DNA of 64,000 nucleotides from an uncultured bacterium (GCA_964348275.1 CAYGBT010000004.1:45449-109448), one strand, 5' to 3'; positions 18,478-29,265 are shown, counted from the first letter of the stretch. The notes: generated by a model not told the origin, from the sequence alone. Program-made: numbers and translations.

Positions 18478-18520
18478 GAGCGAAAAGTGCCTGAGAAATC
18501 CGCTTGTTACAGAGACAAGG

Positions 18521-19642
18521 ATGATCGAGACGAATCGTACATACATGGAGCGGGCCCTAAATCTCGCAGCGTTAGGCAGGGGGCGGACCAGTCCGAACCC
18601 TATGGTCGGAGCCGTCTTAGTCCATGCGGGGCTGATCGTCGGAGAAGGGTACCACGCCAAAGTGGGAGGAGATCATGCCGAGGTCGTAGCCTTGAAGGCC
18701 GCCCAGGGGGCCGCACGAGGTGCAGTCTGCTACGTGACCCTCGAGCCGTGTGCCCATCACGGGAAGACACCTCCGTGCACCGAGGCCCTTATCGAGGCCG
18801 GAATAGCCAAGGTGGTCGTCGCCGCCCACGATCCCAACCCGCTGGTGGCAGGGCGGGGGGTGCAAGTCCTTCGAGAGGCGGGGGTTTCCGTAGAGGTTGG
18901 CCTTCTCCAGGAGCAGGCGGTTCGGCTGAATGAAGCTTATTTGAAATTCATTCGCACGGGAGACCCCTTTGTCCTCCTCAAGGCCGCTCTGAGCTTGGAC
19001 GGGAAGTTGGGCACCCGAACTGGGGACTCCCAATGGATTACCGGCGATCCGGCTCGGCATCGGGTTCATGAGATTCGTAACGGGGTAGACGCGGTTGTTG
19101 TGGGCATCGGAACGGTGTTGAGAGACGACCCCATCCTCACCACGCGGATGGACGGCCAGGAAGGCCGCGACCCCTTGAGGGTGGTCGTAGACAGCCGGGG
19201 CCGTCTGCCCCACACCGCAAGGCTCTTGAGGAGTGGGACACGCCCCCCGCTCGTGGCTGTTGGACCCCGCATCTCTCCCACTCGCTTTCGCCAACTCCAA
19301 CGCCAGGGGATAGAGGTGACGGTACTCCCGACGGCCGAAGGGGGCCTTTCGCTCCCCGGACTGATCCGTGAGTTAGGACGACGACAGATCACTTCGGTCA
19401 TGATCGAGGGGGGAGGAAAACTGGCTACCTCTGCCCTCCAGGCGGGAATTGTGGACAAGTTGATCCTGATGCTCGCCCCCATCCTGATTGGAGGCAAGAA
19501 GGCCCCAACACTCCTCCAGGGGGACGGTGTCGAGAAGCTCACGGAAGCGTTGTGCGTCAAAGAGCTCACGGTCGAACGGATTGGGGATGATCTGGTGCTC
19601 GAGGGGTATGTGAACGAGCCTGCACCCCCGTGGACCCCGTAG
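18521..19642 (+). CDS. ribD: Bifunctional riboflavin biosynthesis deaminase/reductase
   Basis: MIETNRTYMERALNLA...SPNPMVGAVLV...HAEVVAL...TLEPCAHHGKTPPC (CDA zinc motif) plus a C-terminal reductase domain. Start chosen by N-terminal length comparison with known RibD. Confidence 0.9.
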   Translation: MIETNRTYMERALNLAALGRGRTSPNPMVGAVLVHAGLIVGEGYHAKVGGDHAEVVALKAAQGAARGAVCYVTLEPCAHHGKTPPCTEALIEAGIAKVVVAAHDPNPLVAGRGVQVLREAGVSVEVGLLQEQAVRLNEAYLKFIRTGDPFVLLKAALSLDGKLGTRTGDSQWITGDPARHRVHEIRNGVDAVVVGIGTVLRDDPILTTRMDGQEGRDPLRVVVDSRGRLPHTARLLRSGTRPPLVAVGPRISPTRFRQLQRQGIEVTVLPTAEGGLSLPGLIRELGRRQITSVMIEGGGKLATSALQAGIVDKLILMLAPILIGGKKAPTLLQGDGVEKLTEALCVKELTVERIGDDLVLEGYVNEPAPPWTP

Positions 19643-19646
19643 GGAG

Positions 19647-20294
19647 ATGTTTACTGGTATCGTAGAAGAGCAAGGTAGCGTTGTTACGTTAACGCGCGGT
19701 GTGGAAGGTGCCCGTCTCACCGTCGAGGCAAGCGCACAGATGACCGACCTGTCCGTGGGACAGAGTATCGCCGTCAACGGTGTCTGTCTCACCGTCATCC
19801 AGAGCGCGAAAGCGATCTTTACCACCGACCTCTCCTCTGAGACCCTCGAGCGGACCAACCTGGGCGACCTGAAACTGCAAGAACGCGTCAATCTTGAGCG
19901 CCCGCTGAAGGTAGGTGATTCTCTTGGAGGGCATTTCGTCACTGGGCATGTGGACGGCGTCGGCCGGATCACTCGACTCGAGTCCGCGGGTGACTCGGCG
20001 TGGATGTGGATCGGCTTCCCTCCTCCTCTGGCAATCTACATTGCGTCTAAAGGCTCGATCGCCGTCGACGGGGTGAGCCTTACTCTTGTGGAGGTTTCTC
20101 GGGAAGACTTTTCCGTGTGTCTGATCCCCCACACGCTGGCGATCACAACGCTGGGGTGGAAGAAGGCCGGCAGTCTTGTCAACTTGGAGGTCGATCTGTT
20201 AAGCCGTTACATCGAGCGGCTCCTCGCCGAGCGGAGCACACAGCATCGATCCCCCCTCTCTCGCGAACTTCTCCAGGAGCAAGGGTTCGCGTAA
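19647..20294 (+). CDS. ribE: Riboflavin synthase alpha chain
   Basis: MFTGIVEEQGSV... with duplicated lumazine-binding halves (...GHFVTGHVDG...). Confidence 0.92.
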   Translation: MFTGIVEEQGSVVTLTRGVEGARLTVEASAQMTDLSVGQSIAVNGVCLTVIQSAKAIFTTDLSSETLERTNLGDLKLQERVNLERPLKVGDSLGGHFVTGHVDGVGRITRLESAGDSAWMWIGFPPPLAIYIASKGSIAVDGVSLTLVEVSREDFSVCLIPHTLAITTLGWKKAGSLVNLEVDLLSRYIERLLAERSTQHRSPLSRELLQEQGFA

Positions 20295-20325
20295 GTTGGG
20301 TGTACCGACTGAGGGCGCGAGAACA

Positions 20326-21543
20326 ATGTCCTTTGACAGCATAGAAGACGCCATCAGAGAAATCCGGGCCGGGAAAATGGTTATCGTCGTCGATGACGAG
20401 GACCGAGAAAACGAAGGCGATCTGACGATGGCCGCCGAGCGCGTCACTCCCGAGGCGATCAACTTTATGGCGAAGCACGGTCGGGGCCTTATCTGCGTCT
20501 CCCTCGCAGGCCAGCGACTCGACGAGCTGCGAATTCCCTTGATGGTTTCGGAAAACACCTCTCCTTACGAGACCGCCTTTTGCGTCTCTGTCGGGGCCCG
20601 ACGGGGTGTAACCACTGGGGTCTCAGCCCATGACCGGGCAACGACTGTTCTAGCACTTGTGGATTCTAAGACAAAGCCAGATGATCTGTCGCGACCGGGC
20701 CATATCTTTCCACTTCGGGCAAAGGAAGGGGGCGTCCTCGCCCGGGCGGGTCAGACTGAAGCCGCACTCGATCTAAGTCACCTGGCTGGTCTTTACCCCG
20801 CGGGGATCATCTGCGAGATCATGAACGAGGATGGAAGCATGGCTCGTGTCCCGGATCTTTTCGAGTTCGCGAGCCGTCATGCCCTCCGAATCATCACGGT
20901 CAAGGATCTGATTACGTTTCGGATGCGGCGAGAAAAGCTGGTTCACCGCGTAGCGGAGGCGACGATCCCCACCCTCCATGGAACGTTCCGCGCCCTCCTC
21001 TATCAGAGCCGGGTCGGCAGCGATCAGCATCTCGCCCTCACCATTGGGGATATCACTCCGGGCGATGAGGTCTTAGTCCGCGTGCACTCCGAGTGCTTGA
21101 CGAGCGACGTCTTTGGCTCTCTCCGCTGTGATTGCGGCTTGCAGATGGATGGGGCCCTCTCAATGATTGCAGCGAAGGGCAGGGGGGTGTTCCTCTACAT
21201 GCGGCAGGAGGGACGAGGTATCGGACTCGCCGACAAGTTTCGGGCCTATGAATTGCAAGATCTCGGCTATGATACAGTGGAAGCGAACGAGAAGCTGGGG
21301 TTGAAGGCAGATCTCCGTGACTACGGCATCGGAGCTCAGGTTTTGGTTGATCTCGGCGTGGGGAAGATGTGCCTGCTCACCAACAATCCCCGGAAGATTG
21401 TCGGACTCGAAGGGTATGGGCTTCGTATCGTCGAGCGTGTCCCCCTTGAGATCCAACCCAACGCGGAAAACCGAAACTACCTGGTAGCCAAGCAGGCGAA
21501 GTTGGGACACCTGTTACACGGAATCAGCGAGGGAGACGGGTAA
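20326..21543 (+). CDS. ribBA: Bifunctional DHBP synthase / GTP cyclohydrolase II
   Basis: [33 protein letters not shown]... and ...[21 protein letters not shown]... Start moved to ATG 20326 (GAGGG upstream). Confidence 0.92.
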   Translation: MSFDSIEDAIREIRAGKMVIVVDDEDRENEGDLTMAAERVTPEAINFMAKHGRGLICVSLAGQRLDELRIPLMVSENTSPYETAFCVSVGARRGVTTGVSAHDRATTVLALVDSKTKPDDLSRPGHIFPLRAKEGGVLARAGQTEAALDLSHLAGLYPAGIICEIMNEDGSMARVPDLFEFASRHALRIITVKDLITFRMRREKLVHRVAEATIPTLHGTFRALLYQSRVGSDQHLALTIGDITPGDEVLVRVHSECLTSDVFGSLRCDCGLQMDGALSMIAAKGRGVFLYMRQEGRGIGLADKFRAYELQDLGYDTVEANEKLGLKADLRDYGIGAQVLVDLGVGKMCLLTNNPRKIVGLEGYGLRIVERVPLEIQPNAENRNYLVAKQAKLGHLLHGISEGDG

Positions 21544-21557
21544 GAAAGGGAGGAACC

Positions 21558-22061
21558 GTGCCACGGCATTTCGAAGGACACATGTCTGCCCAGGGGTTTT
21601 CCTTTGCCGTTGTTGTTAGCCGTTTCAACGAGTCCATCACGGCAAGACTCCTCGATGGGGCCTTGGATGGTTTGATCCGCCACGGAGCAGACCCCGACAA
21701 GATCGATGTGGTCAAGGTCCCGGGTGCTTTTGAGATTCCGGTCACGGCTGAGCGCCTGGCCGCGAGTCACCGCTACGATGCGGTCATTTGCCTGGGGGCG
21801 ATCATCCGGGGGGCTACCCCCCACTTCGACTACATCGCGGGAGAAGCCGCACGGGGCGTGGCGGCTACGGCGCGAAGAACGGGGGTGCCGACCATCTTCG
21901 GCGTCGTCACGGCCAACACCATCGAGCAAGCGGTTGAACGAGCCGGCACCAAGTTTGGCAACAAGGGGTTCGAGGCAGGCCTGGCCGCCATTGAGATGGC
22001 TCACCTGTTTGCCCAGCTCGACAAGGAAGAGGGAGACGGCCCGGGCAAGCAAAGGAAGTGA
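21558..22061 (+). CDS. ribH: 6,7-dimethyl-8-ribityllumazine synthase
   Basis: ...[13 protein letters not shown]...[10 protein letters not shown]...[13 protein letters not shown]... Confidence 0.92.
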   Translation: MPRHFEGHMSAQGFSFAVVVSRFNESITARLLDGALDGLIRHGADPDKIDVVKVPGAFEIPVTAERLAASHRYDAVICLGAIIRGATPHFDYIAGEAARGVAATARRTGVPTIFGVVTANTIEQAVERAGTKFGNKGFEAGLAAIEMAHLFAQLDKEEGDGPGKQRK

Positions 22062-22062
22062 G

Positions 22063-22494
22063 ATGGGAAAACGCCGGCGTGCGCGTGAAGCTGCCCTGAG
22101 TATGCTCTACCAGCTCGAGTTCCGTCCCGGGGACCTCGTAGAGACCTTTCGGGCCTTCTGGGCGGATCACTCTTTTCCACCGGAGGTTTGCGCCTTCGCC
22201 GAAGAGCTCGTTACCGGAACCCTCGCCCATCGGGAAGAAATCGATGCCTTGATCGCCCGGTACGCAGAGCACTGGCATTTCTCTCGCATTGCACTTGTCG
22301 ACCGGAACATCCTCCGCGTGGCAACGTACGAGTTTCTCTTTCGCAAGGAAATCCCAGAAAAGGTGATTCTGAACGAGGCCATCGAGATTGCAAAACAGTA
22401 TGGCGGTGAAGACTCCGGCCGGTTCGTGAACGGGATCCTGGATAGGATTCGCACTATCACCCGCCCGCCGCTCTTGGAACCTGCCGAACGATGA
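22063..22494 (+). CDS. nusB: Transcription antitermination factor NusB
   Basis: MGKRRRAREAALSMLYQLEF...LVDRNILRVATYE... ATG 22063 is 1 nt after the ribH stop. Confidence 0.9.
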   Translation: MGKRRRAREAALSMLYQLEFRPGDLVETFRAFWADHSFPPEVCAFAEELVTGTLAHREEIDALIARYAEHWHFSRIALVDRNILRVATYEFLFRKEIPEKVILNEAIEIAKQYGGEDSGRFVNGILDRIRTITRPPLLEPAER

Positions 22495-22958
22495 CCTCCT
22501 CACACTCGGCTCCGGTCGAAGAAGTCTGCGGCGACGTACTGGTCCTCTTTCACTTTGAGGATGTCCCCGTTCCCAAGAATTCCCTAGGGAAGGTTGATTG
22601 GTACCTCTCGGGGGCGGTTTCTCGACTTACAGTGGAGGGTAAGTTCACCGGCGCCCTGGGCAGTGCGGTTCTCTTGCATCCGGCGGGCAAGTTTCAGGTG
22701 GAGAAAATCTTGATCCTCGGCCTGGGGCTGAAAGCACACGTGGATTCCCGAACTCTGGAGACCGCTGCCAGGCACCTGCGCAGTCTGCTGGACAATCTCC
22801 AGGCCAGATCCGTCCACATCGCACTGCCTGACCTAGCGCTCATTCCCCCCCAAGAAGCGATAAACCTCTTGTCGGGCACCTTACGAAGCCCCGGAGAGAG
22901 GCCCGCCAACCCCGACGTCGTGACCTTCCTCACCTCTGGGAATGAAAACCGCCCATGA
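22491..22958 (+). CDS. Hypothetical protein (weak resemblance to the N-terminal domain of M17 leucyl aminopeptidases)
   Basis: 155 aa; ATGA overlap with nusB suggests co-translation. The similarity call is from memory only. Confidence 0.4.
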   Translation: MTSSHSAPVEEVCGDVLVLFHFEDVPVPKNSLGKVDWYLSGAVSRLTVEGKFTGALGSAVLLHPAGKFQVEKILILGLGLKAHVDSRTLETAARHLRSLLDNLQARSVHIALPDLALIPPQEAINLLSGTLRSPGERPANPDVVTFLTSGNENRP

Positions 22959-23168
22959 GTCCCGAGGCAAGCTCCCCCGCGGACGGCGAGATCAGCACAA
23001 CACTCGCCCAAGACAGGCAAAAAAGGACTGGTAAGCGGAGCAGTACGGCTGTCGCGTGACTACGCCTTTATCCCATGCGAACTGGGCACGCTCGTCTCTG
23101 ACAAGACAGCGGAATGGAAAGACGGGCCTGGAGGGTCAGCTCGAAACCGGATCGGTCGATGAGCCCTG

Positions 23169-24407
23169 TTATGCTTCGTAGCGTCGAAAGACCGTGGTGG
23201 CGTTGGTCCCCCCGAAGCCGAAGGAGTTGTTCAGGGCGACCTGAATCGCCAGCTGCCGTGCCTGATTCGGGACGTAGTCCAAGTCACAATCGGGGTCGGG
23301 GAATTCGTAGTTGGTGGTTGGGGGAACAATCCCATGCTTGAGCGACAAGACCGTGGCCGCCGCTTCAATTGCGCCGGCGGCCCCCAGGGTATGCCCTATC
23401 ATTGACTTGATGGAACTCACAGCCATCCGATGCGCGTGGTCGCCAAAGACGCGCTTTATCGCTAAGGTCTCGTTCGCATCATTGTATGGGGTCGAGGTCC
23501 CATGGGCATTGATGTAATCCACTACCTCCGGATGGATGCCAGCATCTTGGAGGGCCGAGAGCATGGACTGAACTGCCCCCTCCCCCTCAGGAGCCGGAGC
23601 CGTGACGTGGTAGGCATCCGCGCTCATACCGTATCCGATCATCTCAGCATAGATCGTTGCCCCGCGGTCCAGGGCGTGCTCTAACGCCTCCAAGATAAGG
23701 ACCGCCGCCCCCTCGCCCATAACAAAGCCATCCCGCTCCTTATCAAAGGGGCGACTGGCTCGTTCGGGGTCGTCGTTCCTGCTAGAGAGAGCCTTACAAT
23801 TGCTAAATCCGGCAACGCACAAGGGGGCGATCACCGCCTCAGTCCCCCCGGCCAGCATGATGTCCGCCTCTTCTCGTTGAATGATGCGATAGGAATCGCC
23901 GAGTGCGTGATTGCCGGTGGCACAGGCCGTGGAGACACACAAGTTGGGACCTTTGAGTCCAATTTGCATGGAGATGCGGCCCGAGGCCATGTTGGGAATA
24001 ATGCCCGGGATGAAGTACGGACTCACTCGATCCGGCCCCTTCTCCAAGAGGAGTCGGTGCTGATCCACAAGCATCGGGATCCCGCCCATCCCCGTGCCGA
24101 CCAGGACCCCGGCACGACCTCGCGTGCCGTCATTCACCTTGAGGTGGCCGTGCTCAACCGCGATGAGGGCTGCTGCCAGCGCGTACTGCACGAAAATGTC
24201 CATCTTTCGGATTTCTTTTTTCTCGATCCACTGGAGGGGATCGAAATCTTTCACCTCCGCTGCGATCTGGCAATCGTGCCCGGTTGGATCAAAGGCGGTA
24301 ATCCGCCTCACCCCTGAGGTCCCGCTCAGGAGCGCCTTCCAAAAGTGATCCACTCCAATCCCGATGGGGGAGACAACGCCCAACCCCGTCACTACCACAC
24401 GCCTCAT
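23169..24407 (-). CDS. fabF: 3-oxoacyl-ACP synthase II
   Basis: MRRVVVTGLGVVSPIG...TACATG...HGTSTP...NSFGFGGTN. Start moved to ATG 24407 (GGGAGAG upstream). Confidence 0.93.
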   Translation of the reverse strand: MRRVVVTGLGVVSPIGIGVDHFWKALLSGTSGVRRITAFDPTGHDCQIAAEVKDFDPLQWIEKKEIRKMDIFVQYALAAALIAVEHGHLKVNDGTRGRAGVLVGTGMGGIPMLVDQHRLLLEKGPDRVSPYFIPGIIPNMASGRISMQIGLKGPNLCVSTACATGNHALGDSYRIIQREEADIMLAGGTEAVIAPLCVAGFSNCKALSSRNDDPERASRPFDKERDGFVMGEGAAVLILEALEHALDRGATIYAEMIGYGMSADAYHVTAPAPEGEGAVQSMLSALQDAGIHPEVVDYINAHGTSTPYNDANETLAIKRVFGDHAHRMAVSSIKSMIGHTLGAAGAIEAAATVLSLKHGIVPPTTNYEFPDPDCDLDYVPNQARQLAIQVALNNSFGFGGTNATTVFRRYEA

Positions 24408-24443
24408 GATATCTCTCCCTGAGCTGGACTCCTTCCCCAAAGC

Positions 24444-24686
24444 TCAGATTCGGTCCTTGATGTACTGTACAGCGTCTTTCACATGAACGATCTTCTCTGC
24501 ATCCTCGTCCGGAATTTCAATCCCGAATTCCTCCTCAAGAACCATGATCAACTCCACAGTATCCAGGGAGTCTGCCCCCAAATCCTCGACGAAGGAGGCA
24601 TCAGGATTTACCTCCGATTCATCCACCCCGAGTTGCTCTACGATGATCTTCTTTACTTTCCCGTCGACATCCACAGTCCCACTCAC
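24444..24686 (-). CDS. acpP: Acyl carrier protein
   Basis: 80 aa, ...[13 protein letters not shown]... phosphopantetheine attachment site. Confidence 0.95.
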   Translation of the reverse strand: MSGTVDVDGKVKKIIVEQLGVDESEVNPDASFVEDLGADSLDTVELIMVLEEEFGIEIPDEDAEKIVHVKDAVQYIKDRI

Positions 24687-24722
24687 TTCCTCACCTCCCC
24701 ACGAAAATCAGCACACATTGCG

Positions 24723-25463
24723 TCACGTCCATAGGCCGCCGTTGATATGGATGACCTGACCCGTGATGTACGCCGCTCGATCCGAGGCGAGGAAAACCAC
24801 CAGGTCCGCCACCTCCTCAGGCGTCCCGAACCGCCCCAGAGGAACCTGAGCACGTATGCGTTCTTGAAGCTCCGGATCCAAGGTGTGTGTCATGTCAGTC
24901 TCGATGAATCCTGGGGCCACCGCATTGACGGTGATGCCCCGCGAGGCTACCTCTTTGGCGGTCGCCTTGGTCAGGCCGATGATCCCCGCTTTGGCTGCGG
25001 CATAGTTCGCCTGCCCAGGATTCCCCATGACCCCTATCACGGAGGAAAGATTGATGATGCGCCCTCCTCGTTGTTTAAGCATGGGCCGAAGGGCAGCCCG
25101 GGTACAGTGAAAAACGCCTTTGAGGTTTGCGCTCAACACCGCTTCCCACTCATCATCCTTCATCCGAAGCAAGAGATTGTCCCGAGTAACACCAGCATTG
25201 TTCACCAGGATGTTGATCGATCCAAAGCGTTCAACGCAGGCCTCCATCAATTGGTCGACCTCAACGGCCTGTGCGACATCGGCCTTGACCGCCAATACCT
25301 GACCGCCGGAAGCCTCAAGCTCTTCCGCAACCTTCTTCAGAGGATCGGGGTCCCGAGCACAGAGGGTAACCGCCGCCCCTTCCCGTGCCAGTGCGAGGGC
25401 CACAGCACGGCCAATTCCCCGCGATCCTCCTGTAACAACGGCCACCTTTCCGTGCAGGGTCAT
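24723..25463 (-). CDS. fabG: 3-oxoacyl-ACP reductase
   Basis: ...VAVVTGGSRGIGRA...NAG...YAAAKAG... SDR motifs in fab cluster context. Confidence 0.93.
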   Translation of the reverse strand: MTLHGKVAVVTGGSRGIGRAVALALAREGAAVTLCARDPDPLKKVAEELEASGGQVLAVKADVAQAVEVDQLMEACVERFGSINILVNNAGVTRDNLLLRMKDDEWEAVLSANLKGVFHCTRAALRPMLKQRGGRIINLSSVIGVMGNPGQANYAAAKAGIIGLTKATAKEVASRGITVNAVAPGFIETDMTHTLDPELQERIRAQVPLGRFGTPEEVADLVVFLASDRAAYITGQVIHINGGLWT

Positions 25464-26401
25464 GCCTTTGTTACCGCAGCAAGGGTTTGCTCAAGGCTCT
25501 CCCGGTCCTCGATGTGGTAAACCCGCACCGCTTCATCGATCCGCTTGATCAAGCCAGAGAGAACCTTCCCAGGACCCAACTCAACGAAGGTCTCGACCCC
25601 GTATTCGATGAGGCGCCGGATGATCTCAACCCAGCGCACCGGATGGTCCAGCTGCTCGATCAGGCTCTGGGTGACTTCCGTCGCCGTTCGCTTGGGTTGC
25701 GCATCACGGTTGGCAATGAATCGGATGTGCGGGTCGCGGATATTGAGGCGACTCAGGACGTTCGCAAATTCCTTCGCAATGGGCCGCATGAGGCTCGAAT
25801 GGAACGGGGCACTCACGGAGAGCATCTGGACTCGCTTGGCTCCCTTTGCCCGGGCGGCTGAAGCCGCACGGTTTACCGCGGTCGTATGTCCCGCTATCAC
25901 CGTCTGCATTGGAGCATTCAAATTCGCCACCTCCAACACCTCACCGTGGGCCAATTCTCGGCATGTTTCTTCCGTGGCTTCAGGACTGAGACCAATAATG
26001 GCCGCCATCGCGCCGTCACCGACGGCAACCGCGTCCTGCATCAGTTCGCCACGTCGCCGGACTGTCCGCAGGGCGTCCGGATAGGTCAGAGACCCGGCAG
26101 CTACCAGGGCTGTGTACTCTCCCAGACTATGTCCGGCGACAAAATCTGGGTGGATTCCATGTGCAAGCACGGCTGACCAGACCATGGTACTGACCGTGAG
26201 CACGGCCGGCTGCGTGTTCGCTGTCAGCGCAAGGACGTCCTCTGGACCCATGAAGCAAACGCGTTCCAAATCGATCCCCAGGACTTCGCTCCCCTCTGCC
26301 ATGAGCGCCTGTGCAGCAGGAAAGGTCTCCGCCAGCTCACGGCCCATGCCTACGTATTGGGAGCCCTGTCCTGGAAAAACAAACGCGGTCTTTCCCGCCA
26401 T
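25460..26401 (-). CDS. fabD: Malonyl CoA-ACP transacylase
   Basis: MAGKTAFVFPGQGSQY...GHSLGEY... Start moved to ATG 26401 (GGAG upstream). Confidence 0.92.
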   Translation of the reverse strand: MAGKTAFVFPGQGSQYVGMGRELAETFPAAQALMAEGSEVLGIDLERVCFMGPEDVLALTANTQPAVLTVSTMVWSAVLAHGIHPDFVAGHSLGEYTALVAAGSLTYPDALRTVRRRGELMQDAVAVGDGAMAAIIGLSPEATEETCRELAHGEVLEVANLNAPMQTVIAGHTTAVNRAASAARAKGAKRVQMLSVSAPFHSSLMRPIAKEFANVLSRLNIRDPHIRFIANRDAQPKRTATEVTQSLIEQLDHPVRWVEIIRRLIEYGVETFVELGPGKVLSGLIKRIDEAVRVYHIEDRESLEQTLAAVTKA

Positions 26402-26464
26402 TGACTCCGACTCGGTGTAGGCGCTGGACTGTCCATCCATCCCTTGGACCGACGGGGACTGCTC

Positions 26465-27448
26465 TTACCAGCGGATCGCCGCCGATCCCCAGGTGAGACC
26501 TCCTCCAAACGCCACGAGGAGGACTAAATCTCCTTCGTGAACTTTCCCACCTCGTACCGCCTCATCCAGGGCCAGGGGGACGGAGGCAGCCGAGGTATTC
26601 CCGCGACGAACAATGTTACTGATGACCTTTTCGGGAGGGAGGGAGAGGCGGTGGGCAAGCGCCTGAATGATCCGGGCGTTGGCCTGGTGCGGGATGACCA
26701 GATTGACGTCGGCGACCTCAAGATGGTTGTGCTTTAAGGATGCAACGCAGGCATCTTCCATTGCCCGGACGGCGATCCGAAAGACCTCATTCCCGTTTGG
26801 CATCTTGATCTTGTTTAGACGCTGGTCGAAGTTCTCCGGCGTTACGGGACACCGGGATCCTCCCCCGGGCGCATTGAGGACCTCCCACTGCGATCCGTCC
26901 GAGTACAGGTGTGTGGAGAGAACTCCCCGCTCCCCTCGCTGACCCTGCAACACGACGGCTCCCGCCCCGTCGGCAAAGAGGACGCAGGTGTTCCGGTCGG
27001 TCCAGTCAGTCAGGACAGAGAGGGCCTCGGATCCGATGAGGAGAACGGTTCGGTACATCCCGGTCCGTATGAAACTGTCGGCCACCGCGAGACCATAAAT
27101 GAACCCTGAACACGCTGCAGAGACATCGAGGGCCGCCGCTCGGCGGGCTTGGAGCGAATCTTGGACGAGACACGCCGTAGCCGGGAAGGGTAGCGCGGGG
27201 GTGATGGTGGCCACCAGGATGAGGTCAAGGTCCATGGGGTCCAGAGCGGCAGCCTCCAATGCTGGGAGTGCTGCTTGTTCCGCAAGGGTGGCTGCATCCT
27301 CCCCCTGACCGCAGATATGGCGCTCTGAGATTCCCGTCCGAGACGTTATCCACTCATCACTCGTGTCAACCAGCCGCTCCAGGTCAGCGTTGTTCATGAC
27401 CCGTGCCGGCACTGCGGACCCCGTGCCGATTATTCGGCTCCGCTCCAT
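26465..27448 (-). CDS. fabH: 3-oxoacyl-ACP synthase III
   Basis: ...DVSAACSGF...HQAN...GNTSAAS... Confidence 0.93.
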   Translation of the reverse strand: MERSRIIGTGSAVPARVMNNADLERLVDTSDEWITSRTGISERHICGQGEDAATLAEQAALPALEAAALDPMDLDLILVATITPALPFPATACLVQDSLQARRAAALDVSAACSGFIYGLAVADSFIRTGMYRTVLLIGSEALSVLTDWTDRNTCVLFADGAGAVVLQGQRGERGVLSTHLYSDGSQWEVLNAPGGGSRCPVTPENFDQRLNKIKMPNGNEVFRIAVRAMEDACVASLKHNHLEVADVNLVIPHQANARIIQALAHRLSLPPEKVISNIVRRGNTSAASVPLALDEAVRGGKVHEGDLVLLVAFGGGLTWGSAAIRW

Positions 27449-27457
27449 GGCTCCCCC

Positions 27458-28489
27458 TTAGCTCTGGGCGACCCCTTCTCGGATGCTTTCGATCACCCGA
27501 TTCTTGACGCACTCCGCCGCGACCCGGACCCCGTTCTTGATGGCTTTACCCGTCGATCGTCCGTGGCCGATAACCACTACCCCATTGACACCCAGGAGCG
27601 GGGCACCTCCATACTCCGTGTAATCGATCCGGCGGTGGAACCGTCGCAGGGCTCCGCGAAGAAGCAGCAGTCCCGCCTTTCCGGTCAGGCCACGGCTCAG
27701 CTCCTCTTTGAAAAGGGTGAGCATGGTCTCAGCCGTACTCTCCACGATCTTGAGTGCCACGTTTCCGGTAAAGCCGTCGCAGACCACCACATCAGCCTTC
27801 CCGTTGAAGACGTCCACCCCCTCGACATTCCCAACGAAGTCCACCCCGGCTACGTCCTCCAATGCGCGGAAGGCCTCCTTAGTCAACTCGTTCCCCTTCG
27901 TTTCTTCCTCGCCGATGCTCAGGAGGCCGACCCGCGGATTTGGGTTTCCCAGGATCTGTCGGGCATAGACCGTTCCCATGATCGCGAACTGAACCAGATG
28001 GCGAGGTTTGCATTCTACGTTCGCTCCTACATCCAGGAGAATCGCGTAACCGGGCAAAGTGGGCACCTGTGCAGCAATGGCAGGCCGCTCGACACCGGCC
28101 AGCGGGCCAAGAATGACCAGGCCGGTCGCCATAACCGCCCCGGTATTTCCCGCGCTCACCATGGCATCCGCCTCCCCCTCCCTGACGAGGTCAACGGCCA
28201 CCCGGATTGAAGAATCTTTCTTCTTCCGAAGCGCCGCCGAAGGGGATTCGTCCATCTCCACCACCTCCGGGGCATGGCGGATGCGGATATCCAACCCTCG
28301 GGTGTCAAAACGAGACAGTTCCCGGACGATCTCGTCCTCGATCCCGACCAAGATCACCGAAAGCCCTAGGTCGCGCGTCGCCGAAACCGCCCCTTCTACA
28401 GTAACGGCCACACCGCCATCCCCACCCATGGCGTCAAGGGCAACGGTCACTCGACCGCGATGGGACAGCAAAAAGGGTGAACTTTCCAT
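27458..28489 (-). CDS. plsX: Phosphate acyltransferase PlsX
   Basis: ...VALDAMGGDGG...CDGFTGNV...; conserved position after rpmF. Confidence 0.92.
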   Translation of the reverse strand: MESSPFLLSHRGRVTVALDAMGGDGGVAVTVEGAVSATRDLGLSVILVGIEDEIVRELSRFDTRGLDIRIRHAPEVVEMDESPSAALRKKKDSSIRVAVDLVREGEADAMVSAGNTGAVMATGLVILGPLAGVERPAIAAQVPTLPGYAILLDVGANVECKPRHLVQFAIMGTVYARQILGNPNPRVGLLSIGEEETKGNELTKEAFRALEDVAGVDFVGNVEGVDVFNGKADVVVCDGFTGNVALKIVESTAETMLTLFKEELSRGLTGKAGLLLLRGALRRFHRRIDYTEYGGAPLLGVNGVVVIGHGRSTGKAIKNGVRVAAECVKNRVIESIREGVAQS

Positions 28490-28525
28490 TCAGTCTTGCC
28501 TTTCGGGAAGAAGACGGCTCCTCTC

Positions 28526-28708
28526 CTATTCCTCTTCCCGCTTGACCACCTCGCGCCCCCGGTAGTAACCACAGCTCGGACAGACCCGGTGAGGAAGCAT
28601 CTTCTCCCGACAGCGAGGGCAAACTGCTAACGGAGGCAGTGCAAGGGCATCATGTGCCCTCCGTTTCCTAGTGCGCGCGTTTGAATGGCGACGCTTGGGA
28701 AGTCCCAT
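28526..28708 (-). CDS. rpmF: 50S ribosomal protein L32
   Basis: 60 aa MGLPKRRHSNARTRKRRAH...CPRCRE...CPSCGYY. Confidence 0.95.
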   Translation of the reverse strand: MGLPKRRHSNARTRKRRAHDALALPPLAVCPRCREKMLPHRVCPSCGYYRGREVVKREEE

Positions 28709-28724
28709 GATCCCTTTCTCCCGA

Positions 28725-29237
28725 TTACAACAGAGACTCCAGTTTTCTCCATCGGGGATCGCGGCGGATGGGGGAACAGGGACAGATTCCCATATTCAAG
28801 TTCACCCCACAACGCGGACAAAGGCCCCGACATCCTTCATCGCAGAGCGGTTGCACCGGCAGCGCCAGCAGAACGTTCTCTCGAACAAGCGCCGCGAGGT
28901 TGATCGTCACCCCGTCAAAAAAATTCACATCAAGTTCATCGGGGGCCAATTCGCGTTCCTCCTCCCCGCCTCTGGCAAGCGGCTTACGGTATTCCACCTC
29001 AAAACCCTCACGGACCGGGAGGGTAAAGAGCTCAAAACACCGACTGCAATGCAGCTGGAGGTCCGAGGAGATCTGCCCCCGCACCCAGACCCCGGTCGGA
29101 GTCCGGCGGAAATGAAGTGTGGCCTCAACCGGCCTGAGAAGCTGAATCCTCTCCCCCGAGGGATCTAGAAAATCCTCAGCCTCACGGAAGTGGATATCCA
29201 GACCCTCTGCAGGAATCTGGGCGATGTCAACGAACAT
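28725..29237 (-). CDS. yceD: YceD/DUF177 family protein (23S rRNA accumulation protein)
   Basis: 170 aa with C-terminal CxxxCxGLCPxCGxNLN; conserved position upstream of rpmF. Confidence 0.85.
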   Translation of the reverse strand: MFVDIAQIPAEGLDIHFREAEDFLDPSGERIQLLRPVEATLHFRRTPTGVWVRGQISSDLQLHCSRCFELFTLPVREGFEVEYRKPLARGGEEERELAPDELDVNFFDGVTINLAALVRENVLLALPVQPLCDEGCRGLCPRCGVNLNMGICPCSPIRRDPRWRKLESLL

Positions 29238-29265
29238 CGAAGCTTAACCCCACAAAATCTGGCGA

